A stretch of DNA of 64,000 nt. Source: Sphaerodactylus townsendi. Its lineage: Eukaryota. The notes under the pieces were generated by a model. That model did not search any database. It was not told the DNA's origin and saw only the letters and a program-made list of their open reading frames with translations. Shown one piece after another: positions 11,835-24,448 of the stretch. Every line of letters starts with the position of its first letter. Position 1 is the first letter of the stretch. Where the stretch lies: positions 28,148,001 through 28,212,000 of the forward strand of contig NC_059429.1 of the NCBI RefSeq assembly GCF_021028975.2, read 5' to 3'. The position numbers and the translations under genes were made by a program.

Positions 11835-13754
11835 CTGAAAAGGCGGGGGGAGGGAGAGAGGAAACAGTCTTACTAAGTCTTCTGGTTTCCTCCAAACCAT
11901 TGTTATATTTCTGTTGACACATGTAAAACAACCTTGCAAATAAATGTACAAAAGTCACTGGATCACAGTTTTATACTTCTCCAGCTGCCCACATATACCT
12001 ATGACAGAGGGGGGGAAATAGCCTGTTCTTTTGCAATTTATAAAGCTTTTCTTTTTGTATCACTTACTTTTTATTCTGGTTTTGTGGTCACTGCTGCAAT
12101 ATCAGGTGTCATTTTTGGGTTGCTGAAGCAACCCAGATTCATGAAGGCTGTGACATCTGCATATGCACTTTTGACATTTTTACCCCTTCACTGATTTTTT
12201 TAAACCAGATTTTTCTGCAAACCTCAGAATTGCAGAACCATAAGTGTAGCCATGATTGGCTCCGTTGTACACATTTTTTCTATCTTCATGGGGCCAAATT
12301 CAGCCTGTTAGATATCAGGTTTTAGAAAGGACATATGCTATGGGTTATCCCATGTATTAGCACCCCCTCTCTAGGATTCAGAGAGTATAGAAGACACCAA
12401 GTTGTTAGCCTCACATACACATTTGCTTGATCCATATACACTTCCCAGAACCACAGCACTGTGTCTTTGTGTGAAAGGGGACCTAGTCAGAGACTAGGAG
12501 AGATAAATTCCAGTCTCAAATGATCCAATTGATTAAGGACCTTAAAATTTTATCAATATTTGCATGTATGACATATACATAAAAAGTGCACATGGATATT
12601 TTTAGATATTTGGAAAAGTTTTATAGATGCTTATCTGTAGACTTGTCACCATTGTTCTTATGTTTTCATATATTTTTTATTTCTTTCTGTTTGGGGGGTT
12701 GCACATTTTTTAAAAAATTGCAACATTTAAAAATGAACACTGAAGTGAGTTAATGGCTTGCTCCCTGTTAACAATAGTTAGATTTGTGTGAGCTGGTTAC
12801 ATATCCTTATCTATCTTTAACTATTGTAACTATCTTTCTTCTTTTGGGTTATTTGAGCAGCAGGATGAATTTTGAATTTTCCTCCTGCCTGTGCCACCCA
12901 GAGCCCCTTTGGAGACAGCACAGTGTCACCTTCACTACGCTGTTTCCTGCTGCCACAGTGCTCCCAGAACTTTGCGCTGTAAGTCCATCCTACATCAGTC
13001 CTATAACCTCCAGTCCCGCATCTGACAATATTATAATCTAAGGGTCAAACAAAGAAGATTAATATAACGTAATTCACTTTATCTATAACATGCAATGTGC
13101 ATTTAAAAGGAAAAGCTCAAAAGGGGAGGGGGTATAGAAATTAATAAAATAGAATCAAATTAAAAAGTGTTGTTTTAATGGGCTTGGCTCTTCTTCTTTT
13201 AATAAAGCCTGGAACTTAGTTTCAAATAGCAAAACTGAATGGATGATGAAATTAACAAATACCACATGTACTTCCTAGCTGCATGATCCTAACACAAACT
13301 CAGCTTGCAATTTGTATTTCATGTACAGAACCAGAACAAAACAGGTGATCTTCATCTTGTCTGCAAGAGCCCCAAGGTGAGGAGAAGGATTGTTTTTCTC
13401 CCTGCCACCTCTAAGTGTATTACTATTTTTTCCTGTTCTGTAATGCTTCTTACAGAGCCATCCTAAATGGAGCTACACACTTCTAAGACCATTATTTTAA
13501 TGCAACTCTTCCTGGCCAAGCAGAGTCCTGGATTTATCAGCATTCCTCTTCATTCATAGAATGAGACTGACCTCCTTATACTGAATTCCTTCAAAACAAA
13601 TGTGAAAGGCTTCAGGTTTGAATGCTTCTCCCTTAAAAAATTAGCAGCTCAAGGTAAAGGATATCCTGGAAACTATCTCTCTGAGGTCGGAGTGTGCTAT
13701 ATGGGCAGAATGGGCTCAGTTTAGACATCAAATAAAACCATGGTTTAATTAAAC

Positions 13755-14051
13755 ATCACAAGTCCCATGGTGTGGAGTGGTAAGCTGCAGTACTGCAGCC
13801 AAAACTGTGCTCATGACTTTAGTTTGATCTTGACAGAAGTTGATTTCAGGTAGCTGGCTCAAGGTTGACTCAGCATTTTATCCTTCCAAGGCCAATAATG
13901 TGAGCCGCCAGCTTTCTGGGAGTAAAGTATAGGTGACTGATGAAGGCAATAGCAAACCACGCCATAAACATAGTCTGCCTAGTGAACATTGTGATGTGAC
14001 ATCACCCCATGAGTCAGTAATGACCCAGGGTTTGCACAGGGGACTACCTTT
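13755..14051 (+). mobile_element. Sauria SINE (Squam1-type)
   Basis: Internal CAAGGTTGACTCAGC and AAGGCAATAGCAAACCAC motifs; characteristic 3' end CACAGGGGACTACCTTT; flanked by the direct repeat (TTT)AATTAAAC. Confidence 0.85.
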
Positions 14052-16304
14052 AATTAAACCATGGTTTTCTAATTAAAGTTAGTTAATTACCACAGGGCCC
14101 CAGAATCACTGGCAACACAGTCCTAAGCAAAAGGTGATGGTTGCCTTGAATGAGTAGAGCAGGGATCACCACAAGCCAGCAGCAAGTGGTGGAGCATGAT
14201 CAGCTGTTTTTGTAGCAAGTAAGCATGAACAGTCACTGCCATAAACTGGCAGCCTCCCCTTGCATGCCTATTCTACCCTTCTTTCCACTTCCATCAGATA
14301 GTGGGGCTGTAGGCAGTGCCCTTTCTGGGGCCATTTTTGTTTCTCAATATCCCCCAGATAACTAGGTGTAGGGATGGATTCATGGCAGGGGTGAGTATAA
14401 ATTAGCTTAAGTGGGTCAAGGGCTCCTCCACCTCTGCAGCAGATTGTCCTGACAGCAATCCTGAAGCCACCATCACTGCCACGACCCCAAGGAGGTAAAG
14501 ATGGTTGTGTCAAGGCAATTAATGAACCTTCACTGGGTTCTGACCTCATCACAGGGCCTGGGACAACTGTTGTAGTTGACCTGTGGCTATGAACACCTGA
14601 CTATCAAGTCAGGATCTGATATCACTGTTCGAACTGGTCTATTAACCACAGCTAGTCTTAACTGCAATTTCTCATGATGTATTTATTAATTTATTTATTT
14701 ATTGTTATATTTATAAACCGCCCTCCCCCGAAGGGCTCAGGGTATGAATATGAATGAACCCCAAAGGGCTCAGTATGAATATGGACATCCTGGCTTAATC
14801 CTGGCTCATTCTCCAACACTGAATCAAAAGTGTTGAAGTAACATTTGATGAGGCAAAGCAGAATTTGGAAGATAATCTGTAAGGTGAATCCTGGTTTTTT
14901 TAAAAAATAACCATGGGTAAAATAAACCATGGTTTTGTGTTGTGATTTTGTCTGTACTTTTGGATTGCCTCTTTTCCTAATAAGACTTTGGGTCTTAAAA
15001 AGCTAAAGAACGGAACCAAATACAAAGTCCATTCACACTATTTGTTTTCATGGAAAAGTGATATTTCTTTATCTGTGGAAGCATAAAATGAAAAGTCATA
15101 AAAGGAATTGTTTTCGGAATGTCACTGATTATTCAATTATAATATTGCCAGTAAGCAATTATCATGTTTGAACTTTGTGTACATTGTGTTTTTCTGGATA
15201 TCCAGTTGGACAGATCCACATAACCCAAGGATCAGAGGTGGATGGCAGCAGACAGCAGAATTCCATGCTTATCAGAAAAAACACAATTGTCCTCTCTCCA
15301 CCCGGATTCTAAAGATTATATAGCCTTGTGTCTGACACAGTTGTATTCAATTCCCCACCTCAATATTTTTTTTCCTGTTTCCCTTTCCTTGCTCCTTTTG
15401 AATGAATGGAGAGATGGCTTCCTTTAATTTTCTGGACAGGGACTGCAGTCATAAAAGATCCCAGGGTTCAACTAGAAGATACACATGATATGAGTCACTG
15501 AGTAGTCCTTTGACCCAATTCATGTCATATATGTCACCTAGCTGAGTCCTGTCAAAGTGGAAACAAAGTTGGTCTCCCAACAACAGGGAATGAGGATACT
15601 GGGCAGCCTGGGTTGCAGGACAGTCTGACTGATAGTTGTGAGAATTTGATGGGCATTGCCTTGTATTTTGCACATCTTGTACAGAGGTGACAATTGTTAA
15701 TTTCTTGATAGGTTTGCTTGAGATGTGGAATCTGATTCTGGTGCTTTTAACTACTGATGAATACTAAAATATGTATGCTATGTGGTAATGAAAGGAATCT
15801 AATGAATTCAGTTGAACAACATTTTCATGTGGATTTTACCATTTTGACATTGAGATACCACAGACTGAATTCTGTACCTTTTCCATTAATTTCAACAAGC
15901 CTCATATAGAAGAAAGATTCTATGAACTGTATCTAGGTAATACTTCCTTACCTGGAGAAAAAAAAGTTCCTCCTCTCAGGAGTTGAAATGGACACAATAG
16001 AGCTTTTGCTGTAATAATAACCAGGTAGGCTGGGATCACTCTTCATAGTAATTAGACTCATCCTATTATTATCACCTCTGCTTACAGCTTTTGGATTCCT
16101 GTGTTTTAAAATTCTGTCTAATCTATTTGATAACATATGAGCAGTGTATTATGTTTGTGTGACTGCCATCGATGGCAGGGTATAAATGTTTCAATAAATA
16201 AAAATATATAAACGCTCACAATGGGAAATGAATGCTACTTCCACCCTACTACCTTAAATTCTTCTAATAAGAAAATAAAGCCTATACCAGGGCTCCTACT
16301 ATAG

Positions 16305-16816
16305 CAGTGATGGCGAACCTTTTCGAGACGAAGTGCCCAAATTGCAACCCAAAACCCACTTATTTATCACAAAGTGCCAGCATGACAATTTAACCTGAAT
16401 GCTGAGGTTTTAGTTTAGAAAACACGGTTAGCTCCGAGGCATGCATTACTCAGGAGTAAGCTTGGTGATAGTCGGTGGCTTTGCTTTGAAGCAACCGTGC
16501 AACTCTTCCAATGGGTGAATCACGACCCAAGGAGGGTTTACTCAGAAGCAAACCCCATTGCCAGCAACCAAGCTTCCTCCCAGGTAAAGGATTGCGCTTT
16601 AGTTCTTCACATGAAAATCAGTGGGGTTTAACAGCGCTTAACAGGGTTACCTACACTGCTTCCCCAAAACTAGGTCTTAGGTTTAATGCTAATAATTGAG
16701 GCCAGCGGCCCAAGCCAGACTAGATGTTGGGGGGGGGGGGACTCTGTTTGTGCGTGCCCACAGAGAGAGCTCTGAGTGCGACCTCTGGCACCCGTGCCAT
16801 AGGTTCGCCACCACTG
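16305..16816. mobile_element. 512-bp non-autonomous hAT (Charlie-type) element
   Basis: TIR CAGTGATGGCGAACCT / AGGTTCGCCACCACTG; perfect 8-bp TSD TACTATAG (16297-16304, 16817-16824). Confidence 0.95.
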
Positions 16817-18791
16817 TACTATAGTGTGGGGCCTTTCAGTATTCTGTTTTGTTGCAGAATGAAAAAATGCATTCCGGGGTTGCATAAGTATGCCTATGTT
16901 ACTTCTGATAAAAACCAGAAGTGACACAGTGAATACTCTAGCATTTCCCAAAAACTCTCTAGTAAAAATCATAGTGATTTTGAAAAAAGCTAGAGCAGCT
17001 ACCTTGTCTCTTCCAGTTTTTATCTGAAGTAACTGCCCTTCCCCCATGTACTCCGAAGGTTGCTGGCAGTAGCCTGGCAACAGACAAAAAGCTGCAGCTG
17101 ATGTATTTCAATCAACAGGAAAGGGAAAAGCTTGTCTTTTTGCCAGCAATTTTTGGGAGGTAGCGTAAGAAGCTGGAGTCAACTCACTGTGCTATGGAAG
17201 TATGTGCTTACTGACCAGTTAGTGGCCTCTGTGAACAACAATGCCCACCTCCACTTTGTGGGCTGCTAGCTAGGCAGTAGTCAAGCGCTTGCATGGTGGT
17301 GCCTGAGCTACTTGGTGGGGCCTTTCACTACTTTACAATAAAATATATATATTTTTAAAAAACCTGAAATTTAATGTACTGAGCTATTGGGTTTTTTAAC
17401 TGACTGAACACAAGTTTGTGTGTTTAATTCCTTTGCAGTTTAATTGACTGAACACAAGGTTAAATGAGTCCGCACAATAATAATGTCAATGTAGATTGGC
17501 CCTACCCTGTAGAATAGCTAAGTTGGGCAGGTCCATGTTGAACTCCATCTTTAAGAGTACAATTCTAAAAAATAATTGCCTGGTTGTAAGCCCAACTGAA
17601 TGCAATGGGACTTACTTCCAAGTCAACCTGCTTAGGATTGCACTTTAAAGTCACCCTGAAATAACATCAATTTCCTACCTGCAAAGCATCTCATAAGTTG
17701 AGGCTTTGTAAAGCCTCAAAACTAACTGGTGACAGCTAATGAGAAACTCAGCCAAAAACCAACTTCTTTTCTGTGTCAAAACATGTTAATTTCATTGGTG
17801 ATTTGGGCATGCTTTTAAACATAATTTGGAATAAATGAAAAGAAAACTTCTCAGTATGGAGCTCTTTATCGAAATATGATGGCATTGACTGAAATGGTTT
17901 TATGAAAAGCAATTCTTGTGCTGTGTTTTTGACTTTGACTAGGAATCCAACAGAATGTATCAAAACAGGTCCGTGATTGATGTAACAACCAATTTCCTAA
18001 GCATTTTACTGACAAATATTATGTCGAGCACTGAGAGAACAGCTTCAGAATGGCAAATAATTTCCATAAACACAGTGGAGATATGAGCCCCAATGAAAAT
18101 GACAGGATCATCTATCAAACTGTTACATGCCCAAAAAATATCAGGCGTATAATGTGATATTCTTGATAGGCTGCCTTATTATGGGAGGAAATGGAGAAGG
18201 AATCTTGAATTCTGAACGTCAATTCAATGGGAAGATAATTCTCATTGCCAGTTACCAGAGCCCCCCAAAATGGGATTTTCAGACAGCTTGCAGACTTAGT
18301 TTAATCCTGCAAATACTTCAGCATCTCAGGGGGTGTCATAAGGAGATATGCTGTTATTGTGACGGGAAAGCATTTCATTCAATGGTTCCATCAAATATTG
18401 CAAGAGCAGGAGCCCAAGTGAACTTTATAATAACTACAACTGATCTTGCATCACTCTTGGGTGGTTTTTGAATCATTCATATTCAGCCACTTCATGTAAC
18501 TATTGCTATTCAATTTTTTAAAATTTGAAACTGTAGACTGATAACTCATATTCCAGGTTAAAAGCCAAAGAGAACTGTGAACTGTTCATATTTATTAGAA
18601 CTTCATTTAATGTTATTAAAAAGAATGATATTTGGCAATGTTTGACAAATCAACTGATCAACTGGTGGGTCAGAAAATATTCAACTTGGAAATGTCATGA
18701 CCACATATGGCCCTTGTCCCATCATATCTCCCCTCTCCAATTTGCTAGCCTTTTTGAAACTTTGTAGGCTTTCTTCCAAATTCCTCACAGG

Positions 18792-18927
18792 TAGTGGTGG
18801 GATTCAGCAGGTTTGCACCACTTCAGCAGAACCGATTGTTAAAATGGTGCTTATAAACAACCAGTTGTTAAATTCTTTGAATCCCACCACCAGAACTGGT
18901 TGTTAAATTCTTTGAATCCCACCACTG
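18792..18927. mobile_element. 136-bp hAT MITE of the CAGTGGTGGGATTCA family with a duplicated right end
   Basis: Perfect TSD CTCACAGG; GTTGTTAAATTCTTTGAATCCCACCAC occurs twice. Confidence 0.92.
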
Positions 18928-19435
18928 CTCACAGGGCTGCTGAGCAGGAACATTTCAATTTTCCTCAAGCTGTGCTGAAGGATTTACTCCTTGACCACCT
19001 GGGGATGTGTAGAATTGAGTTAATCTTTAATTAAGTTCTGTTATCTTTCCTTGAAATATCTCAGATGGTTTATCTGGCAAGAACCCATGATGTAATCTTG
19101 AGGTTTACCCCTGATACTGGGGACATATTAACCACAATGCTACAAGTTTCAAAAATGATATGCTTGAACATGGCAACCCCAACATTGGACAAGGAAGAAT
19201 AATGTGTCACTGATGAAGGGGACAAGCCACCATGAAACAGGTAGTTACTGGATAACCCATCTCTTTGATGATTTAAGGACTAAATTTATGTAACCAAGTT
19301 TTCACTATTTGTCCTGGAGGGTGTATCTAGATAGATGCTTTAATTCCTTTGCCGTTTGCTGTTTGTTTACTTGTATATGGGGTGTGCACTCTTCTTGGAC
19401 ATCGTTTGCAACTTCGGATTCTGTATGCACATTGA

Positions 19436-19961
19436 GGCCGCTTCCACACGGCCACACTGGGGGTTGGGTCGGCGTACATGACGCTGACCAACCCCCCCCC
19501 CCTGCCCTGCCCGACAGGTAACAACAGGTAACAACAGGGAAGATGGCACTGCGCTGCACCGTCGCCCGATCGACTTACCTTTCCTGTGATCTTCCGACGT
19601 GTCGCCGAGGCCAGGGGACACCCCCCCCTGCCCTGCCCGACCGCTCCGGAGTTGCAGGGCAGGGGGGCATGTCCCCAGGCCTCGGCGATGCGCTGGAAGG
19701 TCACAGGGAAGGTAAGTCGATCAGGAAAGGGGGGGATGGCGCCTTCCATCCGCTGCCGTTTGCACGGCAGCAGCTGGAAGCCGCCATTTTCCAAAAACCT
19801 TGCTCGGGGAGCAAGGTGGGAAAATGGAGGCTTCGCGCCGCTGGGGGGGGAGCAAGGGCGGCGCGGCTGCGAAGCATCTGCGCCCCCCATGCAAACAGCT
19901 CCTTAGGGATGGCGTTTTTGCCATCCCTAGGGCGCTGTAAACGGCCTGTGTGGAAAGGGCC
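19436..19961. mobile_element. 526-bp CpG-rich PIF/Harbinger-type MITE with an internal palindrome
   Basis: TIR GGCCGCTTCCACAC / GTGTGGAAAGGGCC; 3-bp TSD TGA on both sides; inverted repeat at about 19568-19722. Confidence 0.9.
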
Positions 19962-21240
19962 TGACATTGTCACTTATTAAATCAGCCTTTTAATTGTCTA
20001 CTTTATATATTGCTTCTCATAACTGTGGTGTAGTAGGTTTATGTAGTATATTTCCACTACACCTCACAGTTTTTTGTTGTTTGGTTGTTTACCTTACAAA
20101 TAGCACATTCTGACATGCATGCATGCAATGGCACTGGGTGTCAGGTTGTGCTGCCCATTTTGCAGCTGTGCAGTGACAATGCTGCAGTTGTGGCTCCAGC
20201 ATCTCTGTCATGACTTCCCGATACCCTCTAGTAAAGGCTCCACTTCCCTGTCCCCCTTCAGTACACTCAGTAGTGTAAGGGCCCTCCCAACGCCCAATCA
20301 AGTAAGCCATTGCTGACATTCCTACTGGCTGTGTTTTTTTACAAAGCATCTGTAAAAAAAGGTTGTAAAAATCATCTCAGGTGTCTCAGGCCAATGTGTG
20401 TTCAAAATATGGAAATATGATCTTAGTCCAATCACCGTGATTAGCCAAGTATTTTGGTTAAACGAAGCAGCACAACTGACTGAACACAAGAGTGTCCTTA
20501 ATTTTGAAATATATGACTGTACTGTCTACCTGCATAAAAATTCTACTTTCATATGTGCAGGCTATAGAAAATTAACATTCTGAAGGTGTGACAGATAGAT
20601 ATAGCAATAATGAAGGTGAACATTGATATTCATTTTCAATAGTATCTCATTTCTCAGATATGAAATTTATGCTGATTCAGGCCATCTGTCCATCTAGCTC
20701 AATGTGTCTACTCTGATTAGGAACAGCACTCTAGACTCTCATGCAAGAGGCTCTTCATTAAAGTCTTTCTTCACGAAGAGAATTTCTAGAGTTAATTCTG
20801 TAACTAGATCATGTGCAGTTCACACAACATTCATTTCTTTCCATTCACTTGTTTGTTATTAATTTTCATGTGTATGTTGATAAAAAAACCTGCCAAAAAG
20901 TAATCTTACTAGAATTGTAAATGAGATTTTATCAGAATTCCTATTGTATCACATCTTGCTGAAGTAGGCTTTCTGCATAACCCCCTGAAAATGTTTTGCA
21001 AACATTTTGCAAACATTTTGAAAAAACCATGTTTGCCCTAAGTCACCTCCTCAAAAATGCTTCCTGACCACTATGTTGTGGTCATTCAGTTTTTTAAAAC
21101 AGATTCAATGCTATGAGGCTTCAAAGCCCCATGCTGCCATTCTCTAGAGCCCTGGATTTCTTTTTTTTTTAAATTATCAAAATACAGCCAGAGACTGCTG
21201 GCAGAAGCTCAGAAAAGGGTGCTGACAGGGAACTCCTGGG

Positions 21241-21896
21241 CAGAGGCGTAGCTGAGCCAAACTGTGCCCAGTGCGCAGTCTATATTTTCCACCCCCCATG
21301 ACCCCCCGCCTTTCCCCCCGTGCCCCCTGCAGTGCCCCCCGCATTCTCCCTGCAGCGCCCCCCCTTCCCACACTTACCTTAGTTCCTTTCCTTTTCCTAG
21401 AACTTTTTCAGGCTGAAAAAAAGGCCTATTCACAGTTCAGGCTTTAAAACTGCCTGATGGGAACTATACTTCCCAGGATACTTTGTGAGCCCCAAGGACT
21501 CCTGGGAACTGAAGTTCCTCAGGCTGTTTTTAGCCTGTACTGTGAACAGGCCTTTTTTTCTGTCTGAAAAAGTTCTAGGGCCGTGGTGGCGAACCTTTGG
21601 CACTCCAGATGTTATGGACTACAATTCCCATCAGCCCCTGCCAGCATGCCCAATTGGCCATGCTGGCAGGGGTTGATGGGAATTGTCGTCCACAACATCT
21701 GGAGTGCCAAAGGTTCGCCACCACTGTTCTAGGGAAAGGAAAGGAACTAAAGTAAGTGTAGGAAGGAGGGGGGTGCCATGGGGGGTCGGGGCAGGGGCCT
21801 GAGAAAGGGGAGGGGTTAGGGAGAATTGTCCACCCCCAACATGACCCAAAACCATGTGCCCAGTGTGTGGCCCCGTCCCTGATGGCCCTGCCTCTG
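21241..21896. mobile_element. Non-autonomous hAT-type element with an internal palindrome, hosting a nested MITE
   Basis: Termini CAGAGGCGTAGC / GCCCTGCCTCTG; TSD CTCCTGGG / CTCCAGGG (7/8); arms 21371-21480 pair with 21500-21580 plus 21727-21758. Confidence 0.85.
21581..21726. mobile_element. 146-bp near-perfect palindromic hAT MITE
   Basis: CCGTGGTGGCGAACCTTTGG...CCAAAGGTTCGCCACCACTG; perfect TSD TTCTAGGG. Confidence 0.95.
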
Positions 21897-22939
21897 CTCC
21901 AGGGACTGCAGAACAGATCAGAAACATTTTAAAAATCCACACAGCAAGTGAAAACTGTTCTGCAAAAGAAACGCTTCCAGAAAACTATTTTCAAAAATGA
22001 ATTGCCTCGGAACAGCATGCAAATAAAATGTTTTAAGGCAGGAAATGAAATGTTTCGGGGGGGGGGGGGACCATGTGGAACTCCATGAAGAAAACATTAT
22101 ATTTCCAGTCGGGAAATGTTTTATTTGGTTTGTGTGAAAAGTACATGTGCTGCTGTACTTCTCCAAACAGCACATTAAAAGAAACCTCATACAATTGTAT
22201 TAATAATTGCATCATTCTTAAAAAGTTTTTGCAGTGTTTTATCAAACATGATCATCAGGCTCACAGAGGTGTCAGTTCAAGGTTTTCCAGTACCTCAAGC
22301 AAGGTATACCTCTGCCTCTCATACCTCCTGTCAGCTGGCAGTAAGTTAATGACAGTTGGTCAGCCCAAGAAGTGATACAGATATTCGCTGCAAGTCAGAT
22401 AAGTCCCTGTGGTTCTCACTGAGATACCCCACACACTTGTTTGGTTGCTGGGCTAGAGAACTAACCGTAGCAAAGAAAAGATCAGTGTGAACAGAAGAAA
22501 GGGAAAGCTGTACCAAACTATAACATACACAGTGCTTTGGACAAAATTTGAACATAATTTTTTTAAAAAACTGGAGTATTTCTAATACATCAGTTCCACT
22601 GTCTAAAGAAAAATGAATCATTTCCAATTCCAGGTTGAAATCTGGACAAGGAGAACTTTAGAAGGTTATGATCCCTGCAGCACACATAACATCTAAATTG
22701 ATTTGAGTACATGGAAACTACAGACCTGCTTAGAATGCTAGAGGCTTCATATACCTGGACTTTCCAGCAGAGCTAACAGAAGCTAAATTTCTACTTTCAT
22801 GTAAGTCAAGATTAGAAAAATTAGACATTTAAATTGACCCTTGAGATGCACCGTTCAGACAAAGGTTTGCAGAAAATTACAACCACTAAAAACATTTTCC
22901 TTCTCCATAAGAAATTTGAACGAAATTCTACCAACATAC

Positions 22940-23045
22940 CTTGCAACTGAATCTTATTTTCCGGACTCTGTACCAGAACAGAACTGACAGAATCTAGGTT
23001 GTCATAGTTACTGCAGCCAAGAGGACCAGTCCGGGTTTCTGTTAC
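22940..23045 (-). CDS. BRINP3: BRINP3 internal coding exon, 106 nt (probably exon 5); not in the ORF track
   Basis: Translates [35 protein letters not shown]+G, the direct continuation of ...ASTAIK. Acceptor tcccttgctcactag|GTA; donor CAAG|gtatgt; phase 0 in, phase 1 out. Confidence 0.96.
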
Positions 23046-23375
23046 CTAGTGAGCAAGGGAATGGAAAACCATTTGCTGCATTATATGGAATATGTTGAAC
23101 TTGCTGTACAAAAGACTAGGCAAAGTGCAGTAGCAGAACTCAATACTGTTAAATTTCAGCTTCCTAAAATGAATATTTTGATATCTTTTTTAAAAAAATA
23201 CCCACATCCAGCAATAGTCATATGATAAATGAGGGGTAGTCTATTTAGCATGGTGTACATGTTTTGCAAGCAAATTCAAATTAGGACTTGACTCCAAACC
23301 ATTGCCAATCCCCCCACTTCCAAATAGATCTGATCATAGTCTGTGGGGAAGGTAAATTATAAAGAGGTTAATGAC

Positions 23376-23584
23376 TAAGGTTGTCAGGTTTGCATTGGGA
23401 AATAGCTGAAGATTTGAGGAATAGAACCTTGGGCTGGCAGGATTTGGGGAGGGGTATGGGTATAATACCAATGAGTCCACCTTCCAAAGCCACCGTTTTC
23501 TTCAGGGAAACTCATCTCTGTCACCTGCAGATCAGTTGTAACTGAGGTAGTTATCCAGGGCCCAACTGGAGGGTGGCAATCCTG
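23376..23584. mobile_element. ~210-bp hAT-type MITE, about 330 bp upstream of the 106-nt exon acceptor
   Basis: Homologous to the 9044 copy; flanks TTAATGAC / TTAATTAC (7/8 TSD). Confidence 0.75.
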
Positions 23585-24448
23585 TTAATTACACCTAGCT
23601 AAATAAACCCAACTGATTGATGACCATAAGCTTCAGGAACCTGTGGTCTGAGCAGTGGGTCACAAATGCCTCTTCCACTTTCTGATCACTTATGGGCACC
23701 AGTTATTTGTGCCAGCTCCTTCAGCAGTGAGAAACCATTCACAGGACACCATGAAATTTCATTTGATGTCAATGATCATTATTTGAATCTTGTAATTATA
23801 AAAAAAGAGATAACAATCATATATGACAATTATGCAGAACAGACTGGCCAGAGTGAGGAAGATGTGAATTAAGTTGTAAGCAGTGCTTTGCTTCCCTGAA
23901 CACAGTTTGACAATCAGTGCACAAGGTGGGGGAAATCAAGAGTATGCTTTTAAGATAACAGGTACTGTATTTAAGCAACAACTTTTTGCTTTTATGAGTT
24001 ACAGTTAAATATGAGAAAAGTTTGCACATCTGCTTTTCTTGCCTAGCTTGTGCCACAAGAAATCTGATTGTCTAAGATGACAACCTATAATATTGTCCAT
24101 TTGCAAGTGACCACAGTACATCAGACATGAAAATGGAATTTAATAATTGAACAAAAAGTAACTTAAAATTAGTAAGAGGGAGCAGAAGAGTTCAGAAATT
24201 GGAGGGAGGGAAGTAAAAAAGTGAGGTTTGGTCCAGAATTCACTGGTGTAATTTTGTATAAATTAATTTAATTATAACTGGCTTTTCTCTCCAAAGGGGA
24301 CTTGAAATAGCTTACTGCCCCCACTTTATTCTCATAACAACAAACCCATGAGGTAGGTTAGTGTGATATAGCCAGGATATGAAGGGCTCAGCTCCTTGCA
24401 TCATGGGAAAACTACTAGTGTCAGAAGAAAGTGTTCCTGCTAGCAGAC

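Noticed and set aside
13716-14958. Possible old Harbinger-like element with AACCATGGTT motifs at both ends, hosting the Sauria SINE
   Set aside because: TIR similarity is short and degenerate and no TSD is readable; not listed as a feature.
15948-16000. Peptide ERRNF resembling the upstream BRINP3 exon
   Set aside because: Five-residue match at the wrong position with no flanking similarity. The BRINP3 exons neighbouring the three reported ones were not found in this window.
19305-19980. Cluster of overlapping ORFs up to 187 aa on both strands
   Set aside because: Expected from a GC-rich palindromic MITE poor in stop codons; no transposase similarity.
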